Source of the DNA: Gekko japonicus
Lineage: Eukaryota
Assembly: GCF_001447785.1 (NCBI RefSeq)
Contig: NW_015177030.1
Location: forward strand, 613,082-677,081
Length of the DNA stretch: 64,000 nucleotides
Direction: 5' to 3'
The notes beneath the pieces are model-generated. The model searched no databases and was not told where the DNA came from. It saw only the letters and a program-made list of their open reading frames with translations. The translations under genes were made by a program, and so were the position numbers. Shown here piece after piece: positions 1 through 11,660 of the stretch (position 1 is the first letter of the stretch; the number at the start of each line of letters is the position of its first letter).

Positions 1-510
1 TCTCCCCGCCCCATGATTGGCGGGAGTCCTTCGTCGGGGGCCCCAAGTCCCGTCCCAGGCGAGCCCCGCCCCTCCGACCGAGTGGGTGGAGAGCGGCTTA
101 GTCGCCGGCTGGGGGGGTCGCCGGCCCTGCCCCCCCCCCGTGGGGTGGTTCACACGGCGGAGGGGCCCGTCTGCTAGCGAGGGAGGAGGGCTCCGGAGCA
201 ACCTCGTTCACGCAGCAGCCCCATCCCTCGCGCAGGACTCTCATGCCCGCAGGGGCTCGCCAAGTACCATTTCTGCTCAGAGGACTCCACAGCTGGGAGG
301 GAGCATTGAGCGAGGCCCGTCGCGGGGGGGCTTTTCCGCCACTAGTTCCGCTCTGCGGAGACCTCCCGGCCGTCAGGGAGCCCCGAGGACCGGTGGATGC
401 CTCGATGGCTTCTGCCGCCCCGACCTGGCGGCGCCCCCTCTCCTCGGTGTTCGGGAGCCGAGCAGGGTCAGCCCCCCGGAAAGAGGTCGTCCCCGGGGGG
501 GGGGGGCCTG
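1..510 (+). promoter_or_regulatory. CpG-island promoter / 5' region of PCOLCE
   Basis: CpG-dense; GC boxes (CCCCGCCC near 4 and 64); inverted CCAAT (ATTGG, 16-20); directly upstream of the gap that precedes the signal-peptide exon. Confidence 0.55.
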
Positions 511-803
511 NNNNNNNNNNNNNNNNNNNNNNNNNNNNNNNNNNNNNNNNNNNNNNNNNNNNNNNNNNNNNNNNNNNNNNNNNNNNNNNNNNNNNNNNNN
601 NNNNNNNNNNNNNNNNNNNNNNNNNNNNNNNNNNNNNNNNNNNNNNNNNNNNNNNNNNNNNNNNNNNNNNNNNNNNNNNNNNNNNNNNNNNNNNNNNNNN
701 NNNNNNNNNNNNNNNNNNNNNNNNNNNNNNNNNNNNNNNNNNNNNNNNNNNNNNNNNNNNNNNNNNNNNNNNNNNNNNNNNNNNNNNNNNNNNNNNNNNN
801 NNN

Positions 804-904
804 GCCCTCGCCCCTCTGCTGCTGCTGCTGCTGCTGCTCTCGCTCGTGCAGCTGAGCCGGGCCCAGGAGAGCCCCCCGGCTCCCCCCGCCGGCAACCACC
901 CCAG
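804..904 (+). CDS. PCOLCE: PCOLCE exon 1 (partial; poly-Leu signal peptide [21 protein letters not shown]...)
   Basis: Hydrophobic signal peptide partly encoded by (CTG)n; donor AG|GTACCC, phase 2, matches exon 2. Confidence 0.85.
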
Positions 905-3900
905 GTACCCGCCCCCGCCTCCCACCCGACGGCCCCAGCCCGCTGGAGACCCCGCCGGAGCCCCGCGCCCCAGCAGCCGCCTCCCGTCCGGGCCCGGCTG
1001 CGGGGTGCCGCACATCTGGAAGGGCTTAGGCGGGCGGGAGCTGCGCCGGCTGCCAGCAGCCCAGACGCGCCGCGCGGATTCCCGGAATTCTTGGAAGGGC
1101 CTCCGGAGCTACTGGGCGGGAGCAGGAGGGGGGCGCCCAACCGCCCTCCCTCCCTCCCTCGAGGGGCCGCCGCTGGTCCCCGGCCAGGCCTGCCACGGAG
1201 CGCCTTAGCCACTCTCCTGGAGACCTTGGCCGGGGCCGGGGGAGCTCCTTTTGGAACCGGGGGAGGGTGGGTCCCTCCTGCCCCTGGACTGGCACTTTCT
1301 CTCTGTCTGCTCAGGCCCGTCTTCCTCTGTGGGGGCGACTATACCGGCGACACCGGCTACATTGCCAGCGAGGGCTTCCCGGGCCACTACCCCTCCAGCA
1401 AGAAATGCACCTGGACTATTACGGTAACTAGCAGCTCCGGTGGGGATCGGGGCCTCCAGAGCAGCGCCCGGGTTCAAACTGCCCAGGGACCCCTAGCTGT
1501 CCCTTCTCCCAGAGCTTGTGGGGGCTGCTTGTCCTTTCTGGCTGAGAAGAATAAAGCTCTCTGTGCATGCTCGGAAGCACTCTGCCACGCATAAAGGGAT
1601 CTCTCCTGAGTCTGGCCAGAGGAGCAGAATGGGGAGGGAGGGAGCTCACAGGGCGGGGGGGGGGGCGGGNNNNNNNNNNNNNNNNNNNNNNNTCAGGTGT
1701 AAAATGAGTCCCAGGAGTCAAGAAGCCCCCCCCCGCCCACGGTCCCTCAAGATACTTTTATCGGCAGGCAGCGGACAAAGGATGTTTACTTGTGTCCTCC
1801 TGGGTCTCAAGGGCTGTGCTTCAGAAATTGGCATCATGTGGAAGTGCGGTGTGTGTGTGTGAGGGTGGGGGGTGCTGGGGGGTGGGGAGTTTTCTGGCTG
1901 GGGTGCTGGCCCTCCCCCTCCGCAGCCTGACCGGGATGCTGGGCCGCCTGCTTGCCCCTCCAGGTGCCGGAGGGCCAGGTGGTGATGCTGTCTTTCCGGG
2001 TCTTCGACCTGGAGCCGGACCCCGTTTGTCGCTACGACTACCTGGACGTGTACAACGGACACCGGGCGCAGGAGGGGCAGCGCCTGGGCCGCTTCTGTGG
2101 CACTTTCCGCCCGGGGGCCATCCTCTCCACCAGCAACCGCATGATGCTGCAGATGGTCTCCGATGAGGGCACTGGGGGGCGAGGTTTCCTCGTGTGGTAC
2201 AGCGGCGGACTCCCTCACGTCAACGGTAAGCACCTTCTTGCCTTTCCGAAGCCCCCCCCCCTGTTGGCTCTGGGCTCTCGGGGCTTCTGCGGTCCGTCTT
2301 GCAAGATGCCCAGAATCCTTTCATGGCCCTTGCCAGGAACAGAGGGGATGCTGGGAAAAGAGGCTCCGTTTTCTGTGGCTCCTTTTATGTTTACTAGTTT
2401 GGGATTCAGTGAACGAGGCGTTTCTTGAGCCTTGAGGATGTCGATTGTGTCTGGAACGAACTTTCCCCTCTTTGCCCCCACGTGACTCATGTGAATTCTA
2501 GAGAAATCTTGAGTGTTCACATGCAGCCTATTTACTGGGTGAGCCAGGAACACAGTTCAGGGGCCGGGGAGCTTTTGGAATCTCTTACCCAACAGCTGGT
2601 TAAATCTGTAAATTGTCACATTCTCTCTCCATTCTGGAACAGTCGAAGCCCCCAAGGAGGAGTGTCACAAGAGACGCCACGACTTCCCCCCTCCCCACAT
2701 CACTGCCTAAAAACAAGGCCCTGAAGTGGGCGGGGCGAAGCTTCAGATCCACCCCACTGAGGCCACGCCTCCATCAGGACTTGGAACAGGAGGAGGCCTG
2801 GCAGGCAGGGGGAGGGGTGTGTGCGCTGGGACCCCCCCCCGTCTCATGCTGCTGCAAACCCCAACATCCTGGGCCCTTTTCTAGGACGCCCTCTGGGGCA
2901 GTGAAGATGAGGGGCCCATCGTATAGACTCTTGGGGGCTCTGGGAACCCTGGGACCATTGGGATGATAAGAGACCCCTGGGGACATCCCCCCCCCACTCA
3001 TGGTGCCTCTTGGCGGAGTCTGGGGGGAAGGCCCCAGGGGGTCCCCTGCTGTCACTGTGGGAGGGTGTCCGGAGGGGCTCGGGAAACCTGAGGGACAGTA
3101 GGGGTGGGGCAGCCTGAGGGGCCTGCTGGGACCTGCCCCCAAAGATCCCCTCTCTTCTGGGCCAGCCGCAGAGGCGGGCTCGCCCCCCCCCCCCCCTCTC
3201 GCCGCCGCGGCACGCGGGCGCCATNNNNNNNNNNNNNNNNNNNNNNNNNNNNNNNNNNNNNNNNNNNNNNNNNNNNNNNNNNNNNNNNNNNNNNNNNNNN
3301 NNNNNNNNNNNNNNNNNNNNNNNNNNNNNNNNNNNNNNNNNNNNNNNNNNNNNNNNNNNNNNNNNNNNNNNNNNNNNNNNNNNNNNNNNNNNNNNNNNNN
3401 NNNNNNNNNNNNNNNNNNNNNNNNNNNNNNNNNNNNNNNNNNNNNNNNNNNNNNNNNNNNNNNNNNNNNNNNNNNNNNNNNNNNNNNNNNNNNNNNNNNN
3501 NNNNNNNNNNNNNNNNNNNNNNNNNNNNNNNNNNNNNNNNNNNNNNNNNNNNNNNNNNNNNNNNNNNNNNNNNNNNNNNNNNNNNNNNNNNNGGGGTTTG
3601 CAGAGCAAGCAGCAGTCCCACCAGAGGAGGCCGGCCCAGCCTCTCCCCGCCAATCCCCTCCCTGCGTTTCCCGGGGGGAGGGGGGGCTGCTAGGGCTTGG
3701 ATCACTGGTGGGGCGCAGCCAGCCCGGAGAGGTGACCGGTCCCCAGTGCCCACACAGCAGGCCCTGGTGCGGAGGGCAGGACTGGAGACATGTTTGGTCT
3801 AGAGTCCTCCGTTCCAGGAAAAGGAAGACTCGGCCAGGAAAGAGGAGCGCTAGGCCTGCCCGCGAGCGAGCAGCCATTTCCCAGCCCACCGGTGGTGGCA

Positions 3901-6712
3901 ACCTTTTGCACGGGGGTCGAGGTGCCTGCGCAAAAGTGTCCAGAGAGTTTTGTTACAAAGGCCTAGATCGAGCAGGCAGCCTGGCCCTGCGTTTGCCACA
4001 GGAGGAGCGTGATGCAGGATTTGTGTGTCTCCTCGTGCTTCCTACCACCTCGTGGGGGGCTGGTTAATGCACGGGCGTGTCTGCTGGCAGAGAGTTCCAG
4101 CCGAGGGGACTGCACGCAGAGAAGGGCAGCTGCAAGATTAGGCTACGTTTGCTCACCTGTGGAGAAATCTCAGGGGCTTGTGCCGAAAGAGATGTGTTCT
4201 CCTGCACACTTTTTCCCGAACCTACACTGGATCAGGACAGTGGGCCGCATCGGTAACACTCCCTCCCCACCCCCACGCTCGAAGAGATTTGAGAGAGAGA
4301 CAGACAGCGGGGAGGGGGGGCAGGTTGCATGTGTTGCTTCGGCTTCCTTCCTTCCTTCCTTCCTTCCTTCCTTCCTTCCTTCCTTCACAGGCCCCCCCCC
4401 CCCGGCCTGCCTTCCCTCTTTGAACAAGAAGCGTTTGCCCCCGTGGGCTTCCGGGCTTGCCCTTGCGAACTCTTAGCTGAGCCTGCCCTCCACTTCCGCT
4501 CTTTCTTTCCGGCTGCAGAGAACCAGTTCTGCGGAGGGAAACTGGAGAAGCCCCAGGGCACCCTCAAGACACCCAACTGGCCGGAGACCGACTACCCCCC
4601 GGGCATCAGTTGCTCCTGGCACATCGTTGCCCCAAAGGACAAGGTGAGGGAGAGGGGAGTTGGCACCCAGCCTCCCCACCTTCTCACCCCTCCCCAGTTC
4701 CCGGACAACCCAGGGCCCTCCCCCTTTCACCTGCACTCGCCTCCCCTTCCCAAGGGCTTCGGGGGGGGGGCTGCACTGCTTTGGGACGGGAGTTGGACTC
4801 CTTGTCTCTGCATGGCCCAGGTGGTGGCATTGACCTTCGGGAAGTTTGACGTGGAGCCGGACACCTACTGCCGCTACGACTACGTCGCGGTTTTCAACGG
4901 GGCTGACCGGGACGACTCACACCGAATCGGCAAGTTCTGTGGAGACCAGTCCCCCAGGTAGGCCGGCATGTTCGTGGGCCAAAGGGCTCCTTGGGACCGA
5001 AGGCCTGAGCCTCCCAACTTGGGCCATGATGAGACAGATCCAAGGAAGTCTGAGAATGTGTATGAATAATAGCCATTAAACCCTCACCCTCACCCCATGC
5101 TTGGCCAAATGAACCGACGGAGGGGCGAGCAGCTCAGGCTTTGCCAAGGGATGGATGGGGGTGTCCTTTTGCAATCGCTCCTCCTCAGGGTTTCTGGGCA
5201 GGGGGAGAAAGAAGCCTTGAGGCTCGGGGGGGGGGGCAGGCGGCCTGCCAGAGGGAAGTCCTGGCTCCAGAGGGGGGACAGCGCCTCATTCCCTCTTCCC
5301 TCTCCAGCCCCGTCTACTCAGATGGAAATGAACTGCTGGTCCAGTTTGTCTCGGATCTCAGCGTCACGGCTGATGGCTTCTCCGCCTCCTACGTGGTGGT
5401 GCAGAGCCGCAACGAGCTGGTGGACGGAGCCCTTCCCAAGCCTCCCAGCCGCGTCTTCCCAGGCACCAAGCCGGCTCGGCCAGACGGCAGCAGACCTGCC
5501 CCACCCAAGCCCAAGCCCTCCAGCAAGCCAGCGGGGCGCCCCAAACCCCCACCCGTCCCGAAACCAAGACCCAACGGCGGAGTGCCCACGGTGGCCAGCC
5601 CCAGTAAGAGAGCCCGGCGGGAGGCACCGGCAGAGCCTGGCGAGCAGGCCGTGCTGTGTGTTGTGTGTGTGGGGGGGTTATGGGCAGAGGGAGGGGGGCT
5701 TTCTGGCTCGGGGGGCCCCCCAGTACGTGCAGAGCTCTGACCCTTGGGAGGGCCCTGGAGCGCTGCTGGGAGCCACCGAGTGGTCATGAAGACCTTCTCG
5801 CCACCCGCAGGTGATGCCGTCTGCCCACAGCAGTGCCGCCGGACAGGGACTCTGCAGAGCAATTTCTGCACCAGCGATTTTGGTGAGCTGTTTGGGCGCA
5901 TGGACGGGTGCCCGTGGATATATAGATGTGTGTGTGGGGTGTGTGTGTGTGTCTGTTTCACATACTTAGGTTTGAATTTATAGTGCGACAGTGCATGTGG
6001 ACACCCCCCCACCCCCCCAGCTCTGCCCGAGTGGGTGGCTAAGCCAGGCAGGGGCTGAAGCGGCCAGGGCATGGGAGTGGCCCCTACGTCGAGGCAGGCC
6101 TGCCCCTCCCGGAGGGCCCTCCTCATTCCCCGGCCTTCTCTTCTCTCGGCTGGTGCAGTGATCACGGGGACAGTGAAGACAGTCACGCGAGGGGCCGGGA
6201 GCAGAGTGACCGCCATGGTGCTGCTCACGAACACTTACAAGGCGGGCGGCCTGAGCCTCCCGCCCACCCCCGGCAGCGATGCCGTCCTCCGCCTGGAAGT
6301 GCCTTGCAGACAGTGCCCCGTCCTCAAGAAAGGTGAGTGCCGGTGGGGGAGGCACCCGGGAGCCTTTGGACCCCCCGCTGTGCTCCAGGCCTCCTCCTCC
6401 TCCGCAGGGCCCTGAGTCCTTGGGGTGGCCCTGGAGGGCTGCTGCTGGAGAGGGGGGTGGGCATCACAGACTGACCCCGCGGGGCACGCCCAGGACCGGA
6501 GGCCGTGCAGCTCCCTGGGCTGCCCTGAAGTGTCCCGCTTCTCGTCCCTTGCAGGGGCCAGCTACGTCTTCATGGGCAAGGTGGATGCCAACGGGCTGGG
6601 CCTCCTCCCACCCAGCAGTTTCGTGGTTCCCTCCCGTCCGCAGCAGCACCAGATCCTCACCAACTTCAGCAAGCGCCCGTGCAGCGCTCCCACGGCCAGG
6701 AACCGGACCTGA
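804..6712 (+). CDS. PCOLCE: Procollagen C-endopeptidase enhancer 1 (signal peptide-CUB1-CUB2-linker-NTR); join(<804..904,1315..1423,1964..2225,4519..4643,4821..4957,5308..5603,5811..5882,6159..6332,6555..6712); ATG hidden in gap 511-803
   Basis: Nine GT-AG exons with compatible phases give a 477-aa open frame. Motifs [76 protein letters not shown] match PCOLCE rather than PCOLCE2; neighbours FBXO24/LRCH4 as in human 7q22. Confidence 0.95.
1315..1423 (+). CDS. PCOLCE: PCOLCE exon 2 (CUB1 start)
   Basis: ctcag|G acceptor; [36 protein letters not shown]; ACG|GTAACT donor. Confidence 0.95.
1964..2225 (+). CDS. PCOLCE: PCOLCE exon 3 (CUB1)
   Basis: [17 protein letters not shown]...[11 protein letters not shown]; canonical splice sites. 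Confidence 0.95.
4343..4386. repeat. (CCTT)n microsatellite
   Basis: Directly visible in PCOLCE intron 3. Confidence 0.9.
4519..4643 (+). CDS. PCOLCE: PCOLCE exon 4 (CUB2)
   Basis: [42 protein letters not shown]; AAG|GTGAGG donor. Confidence 0.95.
4821..4957 (+). CDS. PCOLCE: PCOLCE exon 5 (CUB2)
   Basis: [27 protein letters not shown]...IGKFCGD; canonical splice sites. Confidence 0.95.
5308..5603 (+). CDS. PCOLCE: PCOLCE exon 6 (CUB2 end plus Pro/Lys-rich linker)
   Basis: [28 protein letters not shown] then PK-rich linker; A|GTAAGA donor, phase 1. Confidence 0.9.
5811..5882 (+). CDS. PCOLCE: PCOLCE exon 7 (NTR start)
   Basis: [23 protein letters not shown]; 72 bp; canonical splice sites. 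Confidence 0.95.
6159..6332 (+). CDS. PCOLCE: PCOLCE exon 8 (NTR)
   Basis: VITGTVKTV...YKAGGL...[10 protein letters not shown]; G|GTGAGT donor. Confidence 0.95.
6555..6712 (+). CDS. PCOLCE: PCOLCE exon 9 (NTR end, stop)
   Basis: [11 protein letters not shown]...PSSFVVP...[13 protein letters not shown]; TGA at 6710-6712. Confidence 0.95.
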
Positions 6713-6778
6713 GCGCCCTCTCCTGGAGCGCCTCACCTCTTGCCCCAACGTTCTGCTTGCCTGTGGCGCACTATAGCC

Positions 6779-6784
6779 AATAAA
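6779..6784 (+). terminator. PCOLCE polyadenylation signal
   Basis: AATAAA 66 nt after the stop codon. Confidence 0.75.
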
Positions 6785-7091
6785 AGGGGGAAATCCTGCT
6801 CCGGGACTCTCTGGCGTCTCACTTGCCCTGGGCCCACCCCGGTTCACTCCCACTCGCGAGCGCTCGGCTCTTCGGCCTGCCCTTGCAGCGTCACAGCAGG
6901 GGGGAGGGGGTGCTCCGCCTCTTCCCTTCACCCGCCAGGCAGTTGTGGACCGCATTCCTGAGTGTTGCGCAACTGACCACGCAGGGCGAGGGGCTGGCTG
7001 GCCCACTCCGAAGGACAGGGCTTCCTGTATGACTCCGTGGGGGAGGTGAGAGGCTGGCCAAGCAGTGGTGGGTCCAGGTCTGTCCAGGGCA

Positions 7092-7300
7092 GGAGGAGAT
7101 TGGATTTGTAACCTGTCCTTCACTACCCAAAGGAGTCTCAGAGCCGTTCACAATCCCCTCCCCTCAACAGGCACCCTGTGAGGTCGGTGGGGCTAAGAGA
7201 GCTCTCCCAAGAACTGCCCTTGGGAGAACAGCTCTGAGAGAACTTGTGACTGACCCAGGGGCCCACCAGCAGCTGCAAGTGGAGGAGTGGTTCTCCCAGA
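7092..7300 (-). mobile_element. Squam3-like (gecko Squam3C-type) tRNA-derived SINE
   Basis: Same body as the copies at 47015, 56260 and 58266 (GGAGTCTCAGAGC.G.TT.ACAA, CACCCTGTGAGGT). Confidence 0.75.
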
Positions 7301-8484
7301 TCACCACAACACCAGCCGGGACGGTGCGCCCCCCCCCCCCACTNNNNNNNNNNNNNNNNNNNNNNNNNNNNNNNNNNNNNNNNNNNNNNNNNNNNNNNNN
7401 NNNNNNNNNNNNNNNNNNNNNNNNNNNNNNNNNNNNNNNNNNNNNNNNNNNNNNNNNNNNNNNNNNNNNNNNNNNNNNNNNNNNNNNNNNNNNNNNNNNN
7501 NNNNNNNNNNNNNNNNNNNNNNNNNNNNNNNNNNNNNNNNNNNNNNNNNNNNNNNNNNNNNNNNNNNNNNNNNNNNNNNNNNNNNNNNNNNNNNNNNNNN
7601 NNNNNNNNNNNNNNNNNNNNNNNNNNNNNNNNNNNNNNNNNNNNNNNNNNNNNNNNNNNNNNNNNNNNNNNNNNNNNNNNNNNNNNNNNNNNNNNNNNNN
7701 NNNNNNNNNNNNNNNNNNNNNNNNNNNNNNNNNNNNNNNNNNNNNNNNNNNNNNNNNNNNNNNNNNNNNNNNNNNNNNNNNNNNNNNNNNNNNNNNNNNN
7801 NNNNNNNNNNNNNNNNNNNNNNNNNNNNNNNNNNNNNNNNNNNNNNNNNNNNNNNNNNNNNNNNNNNNNNNNNNNNNNNNNNNNNNNNNNNNNNNNNNNN
7901 NNNNNNNNNNCAATCACGGCTGTCGGGGAGGGCAGGGAGCCTCCCCCCCGCCCCGCCTTTCCAGGCCGCGAGACCAAACTGAGCCAGGAGCTCAGGCTGG
8001 GCACGCGGCAACGGCCCCATGCAACTAAAATATTAATCCGGACCTTTCCCAAAACTGCAGCCCCCTCTTTTGTAAAAGGGTGGTGCTTCAGCACGGCTTC
8101 GAAGCCCCTCCCCCATCCCCCCAAAGGGCCCTGCCCCTTCCCAGCGCTGTGAAGGAAGGTCTCTTTGCTCAGGCACCTGGAGGAGGCAAACAGGAGGGAG
8201 AGAGAAGAGCCAGGCTCCCAGGAGCACCTGACAGATTAACCACATTTGTGGCAGGGGAGGAGCTTTCCTGAGTCACTACTCACTTCTTCAGATACAGCTA
8301 GAATGGGACTCCGTCTGTCCTCTATACTGGAAAGTGGAGTCATTTCAGAGGCTGAATGAATGACATTAGCAGGTGTGATATGCAGAGAGGGAATAGGGGT
8401 GGAGAAATCAGCATTGGTAATGAGACAGGAAACCTAGGTCTCACTTAAGTCCAGGCGGATGGATTGTCTTGAGCTTCATTGTCA

Positions 8485-9580
8485 AACTATATCCAGGAAG
8501 TCTCCTTATGCCAATGACATGGTGATTGCAGTAAGGCATGAATCAGTCGAAACACCTGAGCAAATACTGACTGGAGACCTCAAAATTTTGGCTGACTACT
8601 ACGGTCAATGGCGGCTGATCCCAAGTCCAGGAAAAGCAGCATGTTCCTGTTTACATCTCAGTAGCGATCTTGCCAGCTATGAACTGAATGTCTACCTTAA
8701 TGCCACCTGACTTATAAACAGCCATACACCTAAGTACTTTGGCATTACCTTTGACAGGACCTTGTTGAACTATAAACACCATCTTGCCAATGTAGCAGTG
8801 CACACGGAACAACATTCTCCAAAAATTATGCGGCACAACTTGGGGTGTGTCTGCTACAACACTTAGATGCTCAGCTTTGGGGTTGGTGTCCACAAACGCA
8901 ACATCCAACTGAACAGAACAATGAGAGCCATCAGTGGATATATTGAACGTACTCTGACCTATTGGCTACCCACATTGTGCCACATCGCTCCCCCACATCT
9001 CCAAAGACAAAGACAATATAGAAAGATAATCGAAAACAGAGTTGCCCATCCACAAAGACATGACTGACGCGGACCTATCCAGACTAAGGTCCTGACACCC
9101 AGCAATAAGATCTGCACAAATCCTGCTGTCACAAAATTTAGATCTAGGGAATGAATGGCTGCAAACATGAATTGCAGTCAGTTCCACCTGATATCCATAA
9201 CCTGATAAACACCAACAGGAGGCCCGCAGGATTTGACTTGCCTTGTAAAGTATGGGAGACAGCTAATAAAATACAAACAGGCTTTGGTAGTTGTGCAGCC
9301 CTGTTGTTTAAATGGGGCAAAATACCAGGATCCGAATGTGATTGTGGTGCAGCCTGTCAAACTGCTTTCTGTCTGTCATAGTAATGTGAGCATCATGCTT
9401 TCCAGGGAGATGTGATGGAGATCTATGAACTCTCCCCAGCTGCAACTGAGTGGATTGAAAATTCAGATATTAGTATTTAGGGAGATTACTCAATTGGTCT
9501 GCAATGCCCATTATATCAACTTGGTTATGTATTTTGTATTACTATATTCTTCCTGTGTGTACTCTGCCATATGATAAATA
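8485..9580 (+). mobile_element. 5'-truncated Vingi/Ingi-type non-LTR retrotransposon
   Basis: Broken RT/C-terminal peptides YANDMVIA (YADD-like), YYGQWRLIPSPGK, PKYFGIT..DRTL, RNNILQKLCGTTWG, WLPTLCHIAPPHL, KWGKIPGSECDCGA; A-rich GATAAATAA end. Confidence 0.7.
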
Positions 9581-10086
9581 ATCAGTTGCAATTCAGCAGT
9601 CTCTCTTTCTAATCTCCCTCTGAAATTCCTTTGTAAGAGAATGGCTACTTTTAGGTCAGCAGCTGGATGTCCTGGAAGGATAACTGTTCCTCCACTGGTT
9701 TTTGAACATTGTGGTTCCTGATGTCAGACTCATGTCCGTTCATTCTTTGTTGGAGGGCCCGGCCCATTTGTCCCGCGCAGAGGGTGGGAGGGCATCGCTG
9801 ACACGTGACGGCATAAATCACGTGATTAGAGGATGAGCAGGCGTGGGAACCTGAGATGGTCTGGCTGATGGTGCTGCTGGGCCCACTGATGGTGCTGCTG
9901 GGATGCGTGTCTGAGAGCAAAGCTGGCGTCTTGGGTTTGCTGCAGGCCAGGCCTTGGTGCCAGAGTCCCTGTGACTGTTAAGTCCTTTGTCATTGGGGGG
10001 GAGAAGCTGGTTTAGGTCAGCAGGATCTCTGTACACAGAAAAGGTTGGCCCTCCAGTGCCGGTGTGAGGGAAGCCTGTGTTGTAGG

Positions 10087-10293
10087 CAGTGTTCCCTCTA
10101 AGCTGAGCTAGTGTGAGCCAGCTCCGTTTTTGAGCCTCCAGCTCACGCATTTCTATCTTAGCTCAGGAAGGGATGGGGCTCCAGAGCAAACTGATTAATG
10201 CAGTAGGCAAATCGCTCGCTCACAACTTTAATGCCAGGAGCTCACCAAGTAGAATTTTTGCTCACAAGACTCCACAGCTTAGAGGGAGCATGG
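10087..10293 (+). mobile_element. hAT-type MITE (~205 bp; TIR CAGTGTTCCCTCTAAGCT)
   Basis: Terminal inverted repeats; same body as copies at 24860, 30059 and 48642. Confidence 0.8.
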
Positions 10294-10439
10294 GTCAGTT
10301 AGGTGGCTAATAACGGGTTGGACTGGCTTGAGTTGTGGGCTGTAGGTGACCACCGGTGGAGTATCTGTGGTTCTGGGTTCAAATCCCTGGCGTCTCCGGT
10401 CGGGTGTATGTATATGAAGCTGCCTCATACCGCACCAGA

Positions 10440-11660
10440 CCGCCAGGGTCAGCGGCTGTGTCCAGGGTCTCCGGCAGGGCACGGGCGGCCTGGTCCTTTT
10501 CCGCTGGAGATGCTGCGGGAGCTGGGACTGGGGCTGAGCGGCCGGGAGGCCTTCGGAGAGTGGGCGCCGAGCGCCACCTGGCGGCAGATGCCGGATCACC
10601 GGGGCCGGCGGGGGGGGAGGGGAGCCANNNNNNNNNNNNNNNNNNNNNNNNNNNNNNNNNNNNNNNNNNNNNNNNNNNNNNNNNNNNNNNNNNNNNNNNN
10701 NNNNNNNNNNNNNNNNNNNNNNNNNNNNNNNNNNNNNNNNNNNNNNNNNNNNNNNNNNNNNNNNNNNNNNNNNNNNNNNNNNNNNNNNNNNNNNNNNNNN
10801 NNNNNNNNNNNNNNNNNNNNNNNNNNNNNNNNNNNNNNNNNNNNNNNNNNNNNNNNNNNNNNNNNNNNNNNNNNNNNNNNNNNNNNNNNNNNNNNNNNNN
10901 NNNNNNNNNNNNNNNNNNNNNNNNNNNNNNNNNNNNNNNNNNNNNNNNNNNNNNNNNNNNNNNNNNNNNNNNNNNNNNNNNNNNNNNNNNNNNNNNNNNN
11001 NNNNNNNNNNNNNNNNNNNNNNNNNNNNNNNNNNNNNNNNNNNNNNNNNNNNNNNNNNNNNNNNNNNNNNNNNNNNNNNNNNNNNNNNNNNNNNNNNNNN
11101 NNNNNNNNNNNNNNNNNNNNNNNNNNNNNNNNNNNNNNNNNNNNNNNNNNNNNNNNNNNNNNNNNNNNNNNNNNNNNNNNNNNNNNNNNNNNNNNNNNNN
11201 NNNNNNNNNNNNNNNNNNNNNNNNNNNNNNNNNNNNNNNNNNNNNNNNNNNNNNNNNNNNNNNNNAGCAGCCGGAGCCGCAGCATCGGCGGGCGGGGGGC
11301 GGGCGAAGGAGCGGGGGCACGGTCCCACGCTCTCCTTGCCGCATCCAGCTCGCCCAGCGGCACCTGCTCCTCCGGCCACCGACGCCCCGAGAGCGGAATC
11401 CGCGGCGGCTCCTGCTCCGAGCAGGCCAGGCCAGGAGACAGCCGTCGTCGTCGTGGTGCTCGGAGCCTGCAGAGCGCCGGCAGATTTCTGCCTAGCAACC
11501 GGGGCGCAGCAGCCTCCCCCGCCGCCAAAAAAGGCAGGCCGTCCTCCTCGGAAGCGCTTCCCTTTTTCCTCCTTGTCCCCCCTCCCAGCGCGGGGTGGGG
11601 GTGCGCGCCCGGGAGAGGGGCCAGAGGCTCCGCTCATGCCGCTGCGTTTCTCTCTCCATC
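10440..11660 (+). promoter_or_regulatory. CpG island / probable promoter and 5' UTR of the PAQR9-like gene (contains gap 10628-11265)
   Basis: High CpG and GC content, GC boxes; candidate acceptor tttctctctccatcag ending at 11662, upstream of the ATG. Confidence 0.5.

Larger units (their letters stand above)
8205..10400 (-). mobile_element. Degenerate Penelope-like retroelement (3' part with GIY-YIG endonuclease and pLTR), interrupted by a Vingi LINE and a hAT MITE
   Basis: Minus-strand peptides TPPVVTYSPQLKPVQ (~10300-10370), CSSSNHVIYAVTCQRCP..GQMGRALQQRMNGHESDIRN (9651-9920), LKVAILLQRNFRGRLERETAELQL, resuming as MKLKTIHPPGL..DLGFLSHY (8480-8415); pLTR with CTGAAGA...GAAA. Confidence 0.8.

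Noticed and set aside
17-1594. Long ORFs spanning N gaps (also near 2774-3901, 7138-8124, 10279-11688)
   Set aside because: Length comes from translating Ns and GC-rich stop-poor DNA; only the embedded PCOLCE exons are supported.
804-6712. Assignment as PCOLCE2 because a PAQR9-like gene is adjacent
   Set aside because: Sequence motifs ([14 protein letters not shown]), compact introns and FBXO24/LRCH4 linkage indicate PCOLCE.
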